From an uncultured Verrucomicrobiae bacterium (GTDB lineage Bacteria; Verrucomicrobiota; Verrucomicrobiia; Limisphaerales; UBA8199): a stretch of 64,000 nucleotides of DNA. Each line of letters begins with the position of its first letter. Within the stretch, counting starts at the first letter, position 1. The notes below the pieces were generated by a model. That model worked only from the letters and a program-made list of their open reading frames with translations. It made no database searches and had not been told where the DNA came from. The stretch spans positions 83,368 through 147,367 of the forward strand of contig CAWGGD010000029.1 of the NCBI GenBank assembly GCA_963822005.1. Direction: 5' to 3'. Both the position numbers and the translations under genes were made by a program. Of this stretch, positions 20,351 through 29,700 are shown one piece after another.

Positions 20351-23050
20351 TTACGGGTGCCCCGCCTTGTGAGCGTCGCGCGCCTCGAGGCGGGTTGACT
20401 GGGGCACGACCCCTAACACCACGAAGCTACCCTTGCCGATGAGTTCCAGTTTCTGCCGTCCCGGGCCATATCGGAAAGCATGCACGTTGAGGCTGGGGCA
20501 ACTCTCAATCGTCGCGGCGTTTCGGATCACCGGTTCGATGCCGCCGCGTTCGTCGGCGTGCGAGGCAACGTCCAGGTTTGGCACTTGCAGCCAGATGTCG
20601 CGCTCGCTCTGGAAATACCCGACCAGAACGCGCACCGGCTCGGCCACCTCGAATTCGACAGGCTCGTAGCGGCCGTTTTTCGCCTGCTCGTGCGAGAAGC
20701 GGATGCCGGTCAGGCCGTTCAACTCGGGCGCGAGCTCGGTGATGGTGTATTGGCGATCGGCAAATGGCTGTGCGCCGACTTTAACCTGGTAAGTCTCCGC
20801 GTTCGTGCTGATGAGTTTAAACTTTGCCGCCGGCCAGGCTGCGATGGAGACGCCAGCCTCCAGGCCGACCGTGTTCGTCACTCCGCGTTTTAGCTGTTCG
20901 ACCTGCATCTGGAAGTCTTCGAGTTCCTTCTGATACAGCGGCAGAACCTGCGTCCAGTGATAATTCGTGCCCACCCCATTCGCCGCGCCATTGAACGGAA
21001 TCTTCCGATGTCCGGTCTGCATCGAGTTGGCGAACCGGTAGGATTGTTTCGAGAGCAAGGTCAACTTCTCAAACTCGGCAAGGCTTTCCTGCATCATGGC
21101 CGCTGCAAGTTCCATGTCCCCGACGGTTTGGCTGTAATGGTAACGCAACACTAGCTTCGCAGCAGCCACCTTGGCCCGGTAATTCCCGGCCATCGCGCCG
21201 ATGCAAAGAATGTCGTTGCGTAACCGCTCGAACTCATCGTTATTTGTCCTCACCGAGGGCGCCGCAGCTGCGATCGCATCCCGGGCGGAGTTGGCAAAAT
21301 GCAGCACTTCGCGCATTGCAGAGTCCGGAGTTTCGCCTGCGTGGGGCTCGTGGTTCCATTGCTTCCGCACGAACTCATCCAACCGCTCGCCCGGCGGCGC
21401 TTGCGACTCCCACAACTCGGTGATCGCGTTATAGCGCTTCGGGTTCACCAACTGATCCAACGTCATGCCCAGCGACAGCGTTTGCCGGTTACCCTCCGTG
21501 ATGCCGAAGCGGCGGATCAGGACCGGGGCGACTTCTCCGGCATCGTTGTAGGCATCCAGAATCTTCCCGGCGGCGGCGTCATTGCACGCATAAAACCTGG
21601 CGAGCCGTCCGATCCAGTAAGCGCGATCCTCGGCTTCGGGAATGTCCGGGTTCCACGCGTAGCGGGCCCAGGCTTCGAACCAGATCCAGTCCCGTTCCCA
21701 TTGCTTGAGCGGTGGCTCGGCGAGGTCCGGCGAGTACGGCCAATTCCAATATGACAGCGGATAGAGATGGAGGCCGGTGGCGCCAAGCCGGTCGCGCGAG
21801 GCCTGCACGCACCGCTTGACGAATCGCTGGGCGCCATAACGGAACGGCTCGAGGTTTGAAAGAACATGCACATTCACCAAGTGTGGGCCGAGTTTGGCCA
21901 TCGCCAGATGCGTCGCCTGAGCTTTGCCGCGCGGCTCGTAGGTAGTAAGCGATTCGCCGTTGTATTTCGTCTCCGTGAACAGGTTGGAATAGACCCGGAA
22001 ACACGCGGGTATGATCGCGTTCGCGTCCATCGCGTGCGTGCGGATGACCACGGGCGGTTGGTCCTGGAGACCGGCGGCCTTCATGCCGTCGAGCACGCCT
22101 GGCAAAATGGTGTTCGTGGCCCAGGAAACCTGGTTGCTTGTGCCTTGCAAGGCCTCGCCCAGGCAGACCATCAAGCCAACGTTCGGGTATTGCTTCACAA
22201 ATTCGGCGATGGCCTTGCGCGTGTAATCTGAAGCCAGGGGCGTGGGTGCAGCGAGCTGCGTGGGGACGCCGTCCCTTTCGGCCAACGGTTTGGGCAGGAA
22301 GATGTTGTAGAACATCTGCACGAGCCAGATGCCACGCTTGTCGCACTCGGCGGTGATGTAGCGGAACATCTCGACGTTCTTATTGAAGATATCCTCAGGC
22401 ACTTCGACCGCGTCAGGGTAGTCCTTCAGCTTCACCAGCGACCCAAAGGGGTGGCCATTCCAGAGGTAGAGGGAATTCATTCGATTCTCGAGCAGGAAAT
22501 CGAGATACTCCTGCCAGAGCTTCTTGTCATAGAACCACGGAAACAGCTCCGGCGTGTATGGGTACTCATAGACCTTGCGGCCGGGCAGAATGTAAGTCTT
22601 TTGCATCCCGATGCAGGTGCCGCGGAGTCTCATCGTTGGCTTCTCATGAACGACGTTCAGATGCAGGGGAAGCTGGCCCGCTTCACGAATCCGTTTCGCC
22701 AGGGCGAGACAGCCATAGAGCGCGCCGGAATCGTCCTCGCCCAAAACGCTGGGATAGCCGCCCTGCATGGTCTGGTTCAACCAAAACCCCTCGCTTTGAC
22801 TCCCCGTTCTGGGCGGCCGGTTCACGTAGATTCTCGGCCCGGAAGATGGGGCGGAGCGCACCACGGCCGCTTCCGCTTTGACCGCCGTCAGCGCCGCGAC
22901 CAGTCTCTCGGCGCCAAACTCCACCCGCGGGGCGGCATTGGACGGGATGACGATGGAGACGGTTTCCGCGTGCGCGATCCGCGAGAAGAGCAGGGCGAAG
23001 GCGAACAGAAGACGGAACGCTTTCATCGGGCTTGGCTCACTGGACCTCAA
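20351..23050 (-). CDS. secreted TIM-barrel-type glycoside hydrolase, family unassigned (GH115/GH138-like architecture)
   Basis: 899-aa ORF. The signal peptide is clearer from ATG 23026 (MKAFRLLFAFALLFSRIAHA). It has an N-terminal alpha/beta domain of the kind that precedes GH20/GH67/GH115 barrels, a central barrel-like region (...ENRMNSLYLWNGHPF...) and a C-terminal beta-sandwich. The start overlaps the upstream stop. Confidence 0.5.
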   Translation of the reverse strand: MRSSEPSPMKAFRLLFAFALLFSRIAHAETVSIVIPSNAAPRVEFGAERLVAALTAVKAEAAVVRSAPSSGPRIYVNRPPRTGSQSEGFWLNQTMQGGYPSVLGEDDSGALYGCLALAKRIREAGQLPLHLNVVHEKPTMRLRGTCIGMQKTYILPGRKVYEYPYTPELFPWFYDKKLWQEYLDFLLENRMNSLYLWNGHPFGSLVKLKDYPDAVEVPEDIFNKNVEMFRYITAECDKRGIWLVQMFYNIFLPKPLAERDGVPTQLAAPTPLASDYTRKAIAEFVKQYPNVGLMVCLGEALQGTSNQVSWATNTILPGVLDGMKAAGLQDQPPVVIRTHAMDANAIIPACFRVYSNLFTETKYNGESLTTYEPRGKAQATHLAMAKLGPHLVNVHVLSNLEPFRYGAQRFVKRCVQASRDRLGATGLHLYPLSYWNWPYSPDLAEPPLKQWERDWIWFEAWARYAWNPDIPEAEDRAYWIGRLARFYACNDAAAGKILDAYNDAGEVAPVLIRRFGITEGNRQTLSLGMTLDQLVNPKRYNAITELWESQAPPGERLDEFVRKQWNHEPHAGETPDSAMREVLHFANSARDAIAAAAPSVRTNNDEFERLRNDILCIGAMAGNYRAKVAAAKLVLRYHYSQTVGDMELAAAMMQESLAEFEKLTLLSKQSYRFANSMQTGHRKIPFNGAANGVGTNYHWTQVLPLYQKELEDFQMQVEQLKRGVTNTVGLEAGVSIAAWPAAKFKLISTNAETYQVKVGAQPFADRQYTITELAPELNGLTGIRFSHEQAKNGRYEPVEFEVAEPVRVLVGYFQSERDIWLQVPNLDVASHADERGGIEPVIRNAATIESCPSLNVHAFRYGPGRQKLELIGKGSFVVLGVVPQSTRLEARDAHKAGHP

Positions 23051-24117
23051 GCGCCAAACCGGCGGTATTTCTCCGCGGTCTCAAAAATGGCGTGCACGTT
23101 TTCATCCGGCGTCTTGTCGTCCATATTGATACAGCAGAGCGCGGCGCGTTCAAGCGGACCAGCGGCCTGCAGCAGGTTCTCCACGTCCTCGGCCACTTCC
23201 TTCCGACTGACCGTCGAAATGCGCACCGGACTCAGGCGGAGGCTGAAGATAGCCTTCGGCAACACCGCACGACAAGCGGCCACATCGGATCCCCAGCCCA
23301 CGTCGAAAAGTTCCGCGCCGTCCACGCGGGCGAATTCGTGGCGGACCTTGTGCATGTCCGCTCCGCAATAGTGGATGCCGTAGGGCCAGAGGTCGGCGGC
23401 GAACTGGCGGTCGTAGTCCAGCAGGTACTCGTGGTAAGCGGCGGCCGAGATCATGGTGACCGTGCAGTTGGAGTGGAGGCTGATGCGGCTATCCACCGGA
23501 CCGACAATGCGGTTGACCGAGATGGAATTGGTGCCGGTGCGGCGGCGGATGTAGCTGGCCATCGCCGAAATGGTCTTCGCCGACACGTCGAGCAACCGGC
23601 GAGCGAGGGCGGGGTTGTCGAAATAATCAAGAAACAATTGCGGTCCACGAAGGTTCAGCGCCACGTTTTGGACCCCCTCCCAATTCACATCGCCTTCCAC
23701 GAACCCGAACCGCGCTTCCAAGGCGTCTATCAGGTCAATCAGCCTGCGGAAAGCGGGGTTGGTCTCCAGATTCGGGACTTCTAGCGCCATCACTTGTTCG
23801 TCCGAGAGATTCGCCGGCACCACCTCCAGAGATGCGTCCTCAAAAAACCTAATCTGGCAGCCCAGGACCGCCGACGGCAGAAAGCCGGCAGCCATGTGCA
23901 CCGGCCCGATGACCGGTCGGGGGGCGGCGTTGGCCTCGCCCAGGCCCAGGCCGCCGAACCTTTCATGCAGGATGGCGCGCATACGGCGCTCGGCTTCGAC
24001 GCGGCGCAGCGGATCGAAGAAGAAGCCCTCGTCAAACTCGAACCCATAATGCCGATGCCACCAGCTGGCATGAAACACGACTTCCACCGGGAGAAACTGT
24101 TTTGGGGCAATGCTCAT
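23047..24117 (-). CDS. URO-D/MtaA-like family protein (second copy)
   Basis: 356-aa ORF with no signal peptide. Its stop overlaps the next start (23047-23050). URO-D-like fold with ...YGIHYCGADM... (H-x-C-G) and ...AALCCINMDD.... It is more divergent than the copy at 4702-5931. Confidence 0.55.
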   Translation of the reverse strand: MSIAPKQFLPVEVVFHASWWHRHYGFEFDEGFFFDPLRRVEAERRMRAILHERFGGLGLGEANAAPRPVIGPVHMAAGFLPSAVLGCQIRFFEDASLEVVPANLSDEQVMALEVPNLETNPAFRRLIDLIDALEARFGFVEGDVNWEGVQNVALNLRGPQLFLDYFDNPALARRLLDVSAKTISAMASYIRRRTGTNSISVNRIVGPVDSRISLHSNCTVTMISAAAYHEYLLDYDRQFAADLWPYGIHYCGADMHKVRHEFARVDGAELFDVGWGSDVAACRAVLPKAIFSLRLSPVRISTVSRKEVAEDVENLLQAAGPLERAALCCINMDDKTPDENVHAIFETAEKYRRFGA

Positions 24118-24141
24118 GGTCCAGACCTCGCTGAGCGGATG

Positions 24142-25755
24142 TCAGGGCTCAACCCGGCGGATGCGCAGCGCCATATACGGCCGGCCGGGCAGCGGGATGG
24201 CGCGACCGTCTTTATCGGCGTGGAAATAGTCGGTCTGCTTCACCAGCGTGAAAGTGCCAGCCACGGGCGTGGTGGTCATGTTCCAGGTATCGAGAACTTC
24301 CGCCTTGAACTTCATTCCGTCGGCGGGCGGCAGGCCTTTGCCTTGCGGTGGGTTGGGCAGCCTGAATTGCCACGCTGTGGGGGTCTGCTTGCCGAGGTAA
24401 ACCAGGTAATAGGCCGGAGCTTTGCCGCCGTATTCCGGGTTCTGCCATTTATCAATCGGCTCAAGGCCTTCCGCGGGCGCGTCGTCAAGGACCTGCTTGA
24501 GAAACGCGAGGCGCGCGGGGCTTTGGCCTTTGAGGACACCGCCTTTGGACCACCAGAGAACCTCGTCCGGACTCAAATAAGTTTCGCCGTGGCCGACATA
24601 GGTGCCCGCCACGGTGCCGTTCCAGAAGCGGAAAACGAGCTCCTCCGCCGAGAGGTTGCCCCAGCGTTTCGGAATGTCGCCCTCGTACTTCACCTCGTCA
24701 TAGACGATGGGCTTACGATAGGTGTCGCGGTAGATGCCGGCGGTGTTGGGGTCCTCGACGGCCGAGCCGTTCTGGAGGCTCGCGTGGGTGATCCACGGGC
24801 GGGTTTGGTTGAAGATGCGTTTGCCGTTGTGGATGGAGAGCAGGTGATGGAACGGGTCGCTGCGCGACACGAGCTGGCCGATGCGCTCCCAATCGTCCTC
24901 GGTCTTGTGCTCCATGAAATCATACTCGTTGGCAAGGGACCACCAGACATTGCGGAAGGCTGCGAGACGGGCGACGGCATAACGCATGTAGCGGTCATCC
25001 TCCAGCGGTGTCATGCGGTCGAAGCCCCAGGCGCCTTCGTCATACGGATGTAGCAGGATGATATCGGCCTCAATGGCGAGCTCCTGCAAGTCAAGAATGC
25101 GCCGTTCGAAATGCTGGAAGAATCTCGGGTTGAAGCGCGTGGTGTCGAAGTTGCGCGGCTTGCCTTCGAAGGCGTACATGGGCGGCTCGTTAGTGTTCCA
25201 CGAATAGCGCTTGGGAAAAACGCAGAAACGAATCTTGTTGAAGGGCGATCCCGCGAGCGTCTTGAGCGTCTGCTCTTGCAACGCGTCGGGTTGATGGGTC
25301 CAGACGTAACACGTCGTGCCAAGCTGCCTGTAAGGGGTGCCATCCGCATAGGCGAAATGGAAAGTGTTCGTCACCCCGACAGGGCCGTGGTTGCCGGGCG
25401 AGGGTTTGATGGCGGTGAATTCGCCGGTCACGCCGTTGAGTTCCGGCGCGCTGCTGGCCGTGGCATAGCTCCATTGCCCCTGGGTTTTCGGCATGAAGCG
25501 AACGCGATAGGCGCCATCGCCATCGTAGAATCCGGGCACTTCGACGGAATCATAACCCCGCGCGAATCGCGCCGCGAAGCGCACCTCGAGGAACGGGTTG
25601 CCGTTGGTCGGGCCCGCGAGGGCCAGTTCATACAGGCCCCATTGCTCCACATTCCGGCCATAGGGTTCGGAAACGATCGCTGCCGCCGCCGCCAAGGTCA
25701 CCCATGAGGCGGTTGCCGCGGCAGCAATCCCTAAGTGCTTGTGCAAGTCTCTCAT
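24142..25755 (-). CDS. DUF5060/DUF4038-type clan GH-A glycoside hydrolase (GH140-like architecture)
   Basis: 537-aa ORF with a signal peptide. N-terminal beta-sandwich (...FLEVRFAARF...VPGFYDGDGAYRVRFMP...), a TIM barrel with an NE motif (...WWSLANEYDF...) and a C-terminal beta domain. Confidence 0.6.
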   Translation of the reverse strand: MRDLHKHLGIAAAATASWVTLAAAAAIVSEPYGRNVEQWGLYELALAGPTNGNPFLEVRFAARFARGYDSVEVPGFYDGDGAYRVRFMPKTQGQWSYATASSAPELNGVTGEFTAIKPSPGNHGPVGVTNTFHFAYADGTPYRQLGTTCYVWTHQPDALQEQTLKTLAGSPFNKIRFCVFPKRYSWNTNEPPMYAFEGKPRNFDTTRFNPRFFQHFERRILDLQELAIEADIILLHPYDEGAWGFDRMTPLEDDRYMRYAVARLAAFRNVWWSLANEYDFMEHKTEDDWERIGQLVSRSDPFHHLLSIHNGKRIFNQTRPWITHASLQNGSAVEDPNTAGIYRDTYRKPIVYDEVKYEGDIPKRWGNLSAEELVFRFWNGTVAGTYVGHGETYLSPDEVLWWSKGGVLKGQSPARLAFLKQVLDDAPAEGLEPIDKWQNPEYGGKAPAYYLVYLGKQTPTAWQFRLPNPPQGKGLPPADGMKFKAEVLDTWNMTTTPVAGTFTLVKQTDYFHADKDGRAIPLPGRPYMALRIRRVEP

Positions 25756-26702
25756 GCCTGCTGGAAGATGGATTTAAGGTACGCGGCGTTGGCGCCGAAG
25801 TTCTTCTTCACGTTGCGAGCATCTCGGGCGTCGCGGGACCGCTCGATCACCAGCCACCCGCTCCAGCCCAGATCGTCAAGCGTTCGCTTGACCGCCCGCA
25901 GATCCAGGCGCCGGTTGTCCTGCAGGCACACACCGTCCTCGTCCGTGCAGTGGATCTGGCAAATCCGATCTTTGCCCAGCGTCCGCAGCTCGGCCAACAG
26001 GTCGCGCTTCGCCTGGAGCGCGTTGGCGAAGTTGAAGTAGCTCCGAATGGCGGGCGAGCCGATGTCGGCCAGCAACTTCACTTCCTCCGCGGCGGGCAGG
26101 GCGGTTTCAACGCCGATGACGACGCCGGCCTGCTCCGCTTTCGACCCGGCGGCTTTCAGGCGCTCGACGACTGCCGGGCGCAGTTCCGGGCGTTTGACCA
26201 GGTCGCCGCGCACTCCCAGCGGCAGGAACGCCACTTTCACGTTCATCAGCTTCATTGTGTCGATGCAGTCCTTCACCATGCGCGGGACCGTGGGCCGCTC
26301 GGCGAACGACTGGGCATAAAAGCCCGACATCGCCAGCGAGCAGATCTCTAGGCCCAATTCGCGCGCCTTGTCGAGGAACTGCCGGCGCACTTCGGGGTTG
26401 GCGAGCTGGTTGTCGAACGTCTCGCGCTCTCCCAGGCTTCCCATGTCCACCTCCACACCGTCAGCGCCAATGTCCCTGGTCAGTTGAAACGCCCCCAGCT
26501 TCTGGCGCTTGAGAATCATCCAGTCGCACACTGCAATCTTGTAGCGAGCGCTGGCCGTCGGTTTCGCGGAAGCCGCGTCGGCGGCTAACAGGCAGGTCTC
26601 GGGGCCCAGCCAGGCGGCGGCCAGGGCGCCCGCAGTAGTGCCGAGAAAGTCACGCCGGCTTAAGCCGCGTGGTTCAGAGCCAAAAGGGGACCGGTGCTTC
26701 AT
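25752..26702 (-). CDS. Tat-exported sugar phosphate isomerase/epimerase (xylose-isomerase-like TIM barrel) family protein
   Basis: 316-aa ORF with a twin-arginine signal (SRRDFLGTTAGALAAAWL). TIM-barrel blocks ...IGADGVEVDMG..., ...GVVIGVETAL..., ...ICQIHCTDEDG.... The stop overlaps the downstream start (25752-25755). Confidence 0.8.
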   Translation of the reverse strand: MKHRSPFGSEPRGLSRRDFLGTTAGALAAAWLGPETCLLAADAASAKPTASARYKIAVCDWMILKRQKLGAFQLTRDIGADGVEVDMGSLGERETFDNQLANPEVRRQFLDKARELGLEICSLAMSGFYAQSFAERPTVPRMVKDCIDTMKLMNVKVAFLPLGVRGDLVKRPELRPAVVERLKAAGSKAEQAGVVIGVETALPAAEEVKLLADIGSPAIRSYFNFANALQAKRDLLAELRTLGKDRICQIHCTDEDGVCLQDNRRLDLRAVKRTLDDLGWSGWLVIERSRDARDARNVKKNFGANAAYLKSIFQQA

Positions 26703-26704
26703 GA

Positions 26705-29700
26705 TTACTCTTTCGTGAGCCAGAAAACCTCGGTGGCATCGGGCGACCTTGGCAGCCGAGCGTTCTTCACACCCGCGATGGACTTGGGAACGATCGTAAT
26801 TTCTCCCGTCTTCGCATCAACCCATTTCGCAGCGAACATTCCGCCCTCGGGCGACAAGTCGAGCGTTGGGTTCGCATCCCCGCTGAGATAAACCAGGTAT
26901 TCGCCCGGGCCACGCAGGACCCAGCGGCCAGGGCCGGAAACTTCCGGCCACGGTTGCAGCCGCGGAATGACTGCCAGCAGCCGCGCGTCGGTTGTCCGGG
27001 GCAGCCGCGGCAGCGAACCGCCGGCGCAGAGGTATGCCCAGCCGGCGGAGGCAAAGTTGCAGATCACGGCTTTGCCGAGGTGTTTCTGGCGATATTCCGC
27101 CGCCATCCGGGCCAGGTCGGTGTCGGTCGGATGTCCGCCCTTCCACTGGCGCTCGAACTGGCGCGGCGCGAGGTTCTTTCCCCCGGGCGGCGCAAAGAGG
27201 CCCTTGGCCGTCTGCCACCAATAACGAAAATCTATCAGGCCCACCACCGCGCTGCGCTTCGGGTCGGCGAGGACGGCATCCTGCACATCCTTTGTGCAGC
27301 TCAGCGCGATCAGCGGATGCCTTCCCGTCTCACGCTCCCACTCGGCGATGGTATCCAGCCAGAACTGCATGAAGGCCAAAGGCCCGGTGAATTCGGCGCT
27401 GGTGAATTGAATGACGTTGGAGTTGGTGGCGAAGTTTTCGAGGCACTTGCGGATATAAGCCCGATGCAACGGGTGGCGGACGGGATGCGTTACGTCGTAA
27501 AACTGCTCGGCCATGAAGATGCGCTTGTCTCCAGCGTAAAGCGGGGGCTCGGGGAAGCCCGTGTCGTTGATGTTGTTCGCCGGCCGCCACGGGAAGTCGG
27601 CCCAATGGGCGCCGGCTTCGAGCACGTTATGCTGAAAGTAGTTCTGGTGAAACAGAACCAGACCGCGGTTGTCGCAGATGTCGGCGAACTCCCCGAGCCG
27701 GCGCCAATACCACGGATTGTATCGGGTTAGATCGTAGCGGCTGAGGCCGTCCCAGGCCGTACCCTGGCCGCTGCGCGCAAACGGCAGCTCGTAAAACGGC
27801 GGCCAAACATCGCCGTTGGCGCGGCGAATGCGTTCGTGATCATCGCGCCGGCGCTCGTACCAGAGGCCGTAATTGTGATCGAGGGCGGCAACTCCCCTGG
27901 CCGTGAGGAGGTCGGCCAGCTCGTTCAAGTCATCCGTTGCGCCCGGACCGATCCGACCCGGAACAAACCGCGTAATCCCCGGGCCAGCCGCCGAGGCTTC
28001 GCTGGAGCGTAGATTTCCGCGCCACCAGGCGACGTTTGTGGTGGAGCCGATGAGCAATTGCCCGTTGCACACCAGCCAGCCGTTCGTCAGGCCGAGAGGC
28101 GAGGGGCGAGGGGTGAGGGGCGAGGGTAGAGGGGCGGAGGCTGAACCGGCAATTTCCTCGATGGGCTTCGCATTCCCAGATTCGCAGGGTATCGGATTGC
28201 GCGATGCGGCGGCGGCAATGAAATCAGCCAGTTGCGGAGCGGGCTGGCGCGATGCGCCGATCAGTTTGGCGGTCTGCTCTAATGTCGGGTTCGTGGATTC
28301 ATCGGTGGAGCGTTGGAGGAGTTTGACGCGTGAGGCAGGGTCAGGGACGAACCGGTCGGCAAGCTGCGCCAGGTAGAGGCTATAGGGCTTGACCGACTCG
28401 TTGGAATTCCGCCAAAGGCCGTTGCCTTCGAACTCGCCCCAGCAACCGAAGGCCCAGTTGCGCGCCGTGGGTGGGTTGGCGCAACGGATGACCGAGGCGC
28501 TGCACTGCCAGAGGACCGAATTTGCCGCCGCCCAGCCAGCACCGTGCGGATTGGCGCCGCGGTTAGCCAGGCTCAAACCGTTGCCGTCAATCCTCACGCA
28601 ATCGTAAAGCAGCCCGGAGGCCCAACTCTCGATCGGGCCGCTATCACCCAGCGGCAGACTCGCCTCGCATTGGACAAACGCGTTCGGACCGGCAGCACAG
28701 TGGCCGGCGGAGAAATCGTGACGCCCGCGCTCGGCATGACAGCGAAGGAACAGCGTCAGCTGTCCCATGGTGTAAAACGTGTGCCGCCGGTAACCGCCTT
28801 CCTCAGAGACTGGCCCAAGCGAAAGGCAATCCTCGATTGTCACCTGTTTGCAGCTCTCGGCGATGGCGACCATTGAGCCGGCGAAATGGGTGGCCGTCAC
28901 CTGGCGCACCCAGGCGTCCTGCGCGTTTTCGAGGGTGATGGCGAACCACGAATGGTCTTCATCCTTGGGATTGGCGGCGTCAAAAGCAGACTCACAGCGC
29001 AAGTTCTCGATGCCGACGTGGTTGATGCGGCCAGGCCAGCGGTAAGGTTGTACCCGTCCGCCGCCAAACTCGGCTTCGATGGCGGTCGTTATCGGCGCGT
29101 CCACGACCACGAGGTTGCCGGTGAGCGACTTCACGAACCGGTCCCAGAGCAACTCGCGGCTGCCAGGTTTCCACACTAGCCGCCAATCGCCCTGCCCGCC
29201 GCCAAACTCGGTCATACCCAATCGCTCGATCCATGCCTGAGTGCAGGGGCGAAGGATGGTTATGGTGTCACCGGGCTTCAATTCCGGGGCCTCCCTGAGA
29301 TGAAAACTCATCGCACCGACGGGAACATAGTCGTCCTGGATCTCCCAGGTCTTGCCAAGGTGGTTGGTACGGTCGTTGCGGCCTTCGATGCGAATCAAGG
29401 TGCGCCGGCCAAGGCCGGTAGCGAACAGTAGGGTTCCCCTGTCGTGCATGCCCTGGCCGCGCAGCACGATTCCTGAACTTGCCAGGCGGAGACTGCCGGA
29501 AACCTCGTGGCGGCCCTCGAGGAGCAACACGGCGCCCCGCAAGCCATTAGTATCGGCCGGCAGCGAGGCAACGTAATCAATCGCCTTCTGGATGCGCTCG
29601 GTGCTGTCACCCTGGCCGGCTGCCACTACTACGCGCACCGGCGCGTCGGGAATGGGCCGGTCGCCGCCCGCATAGCCGCAGTGGGAGAAGTCCGGAATCC

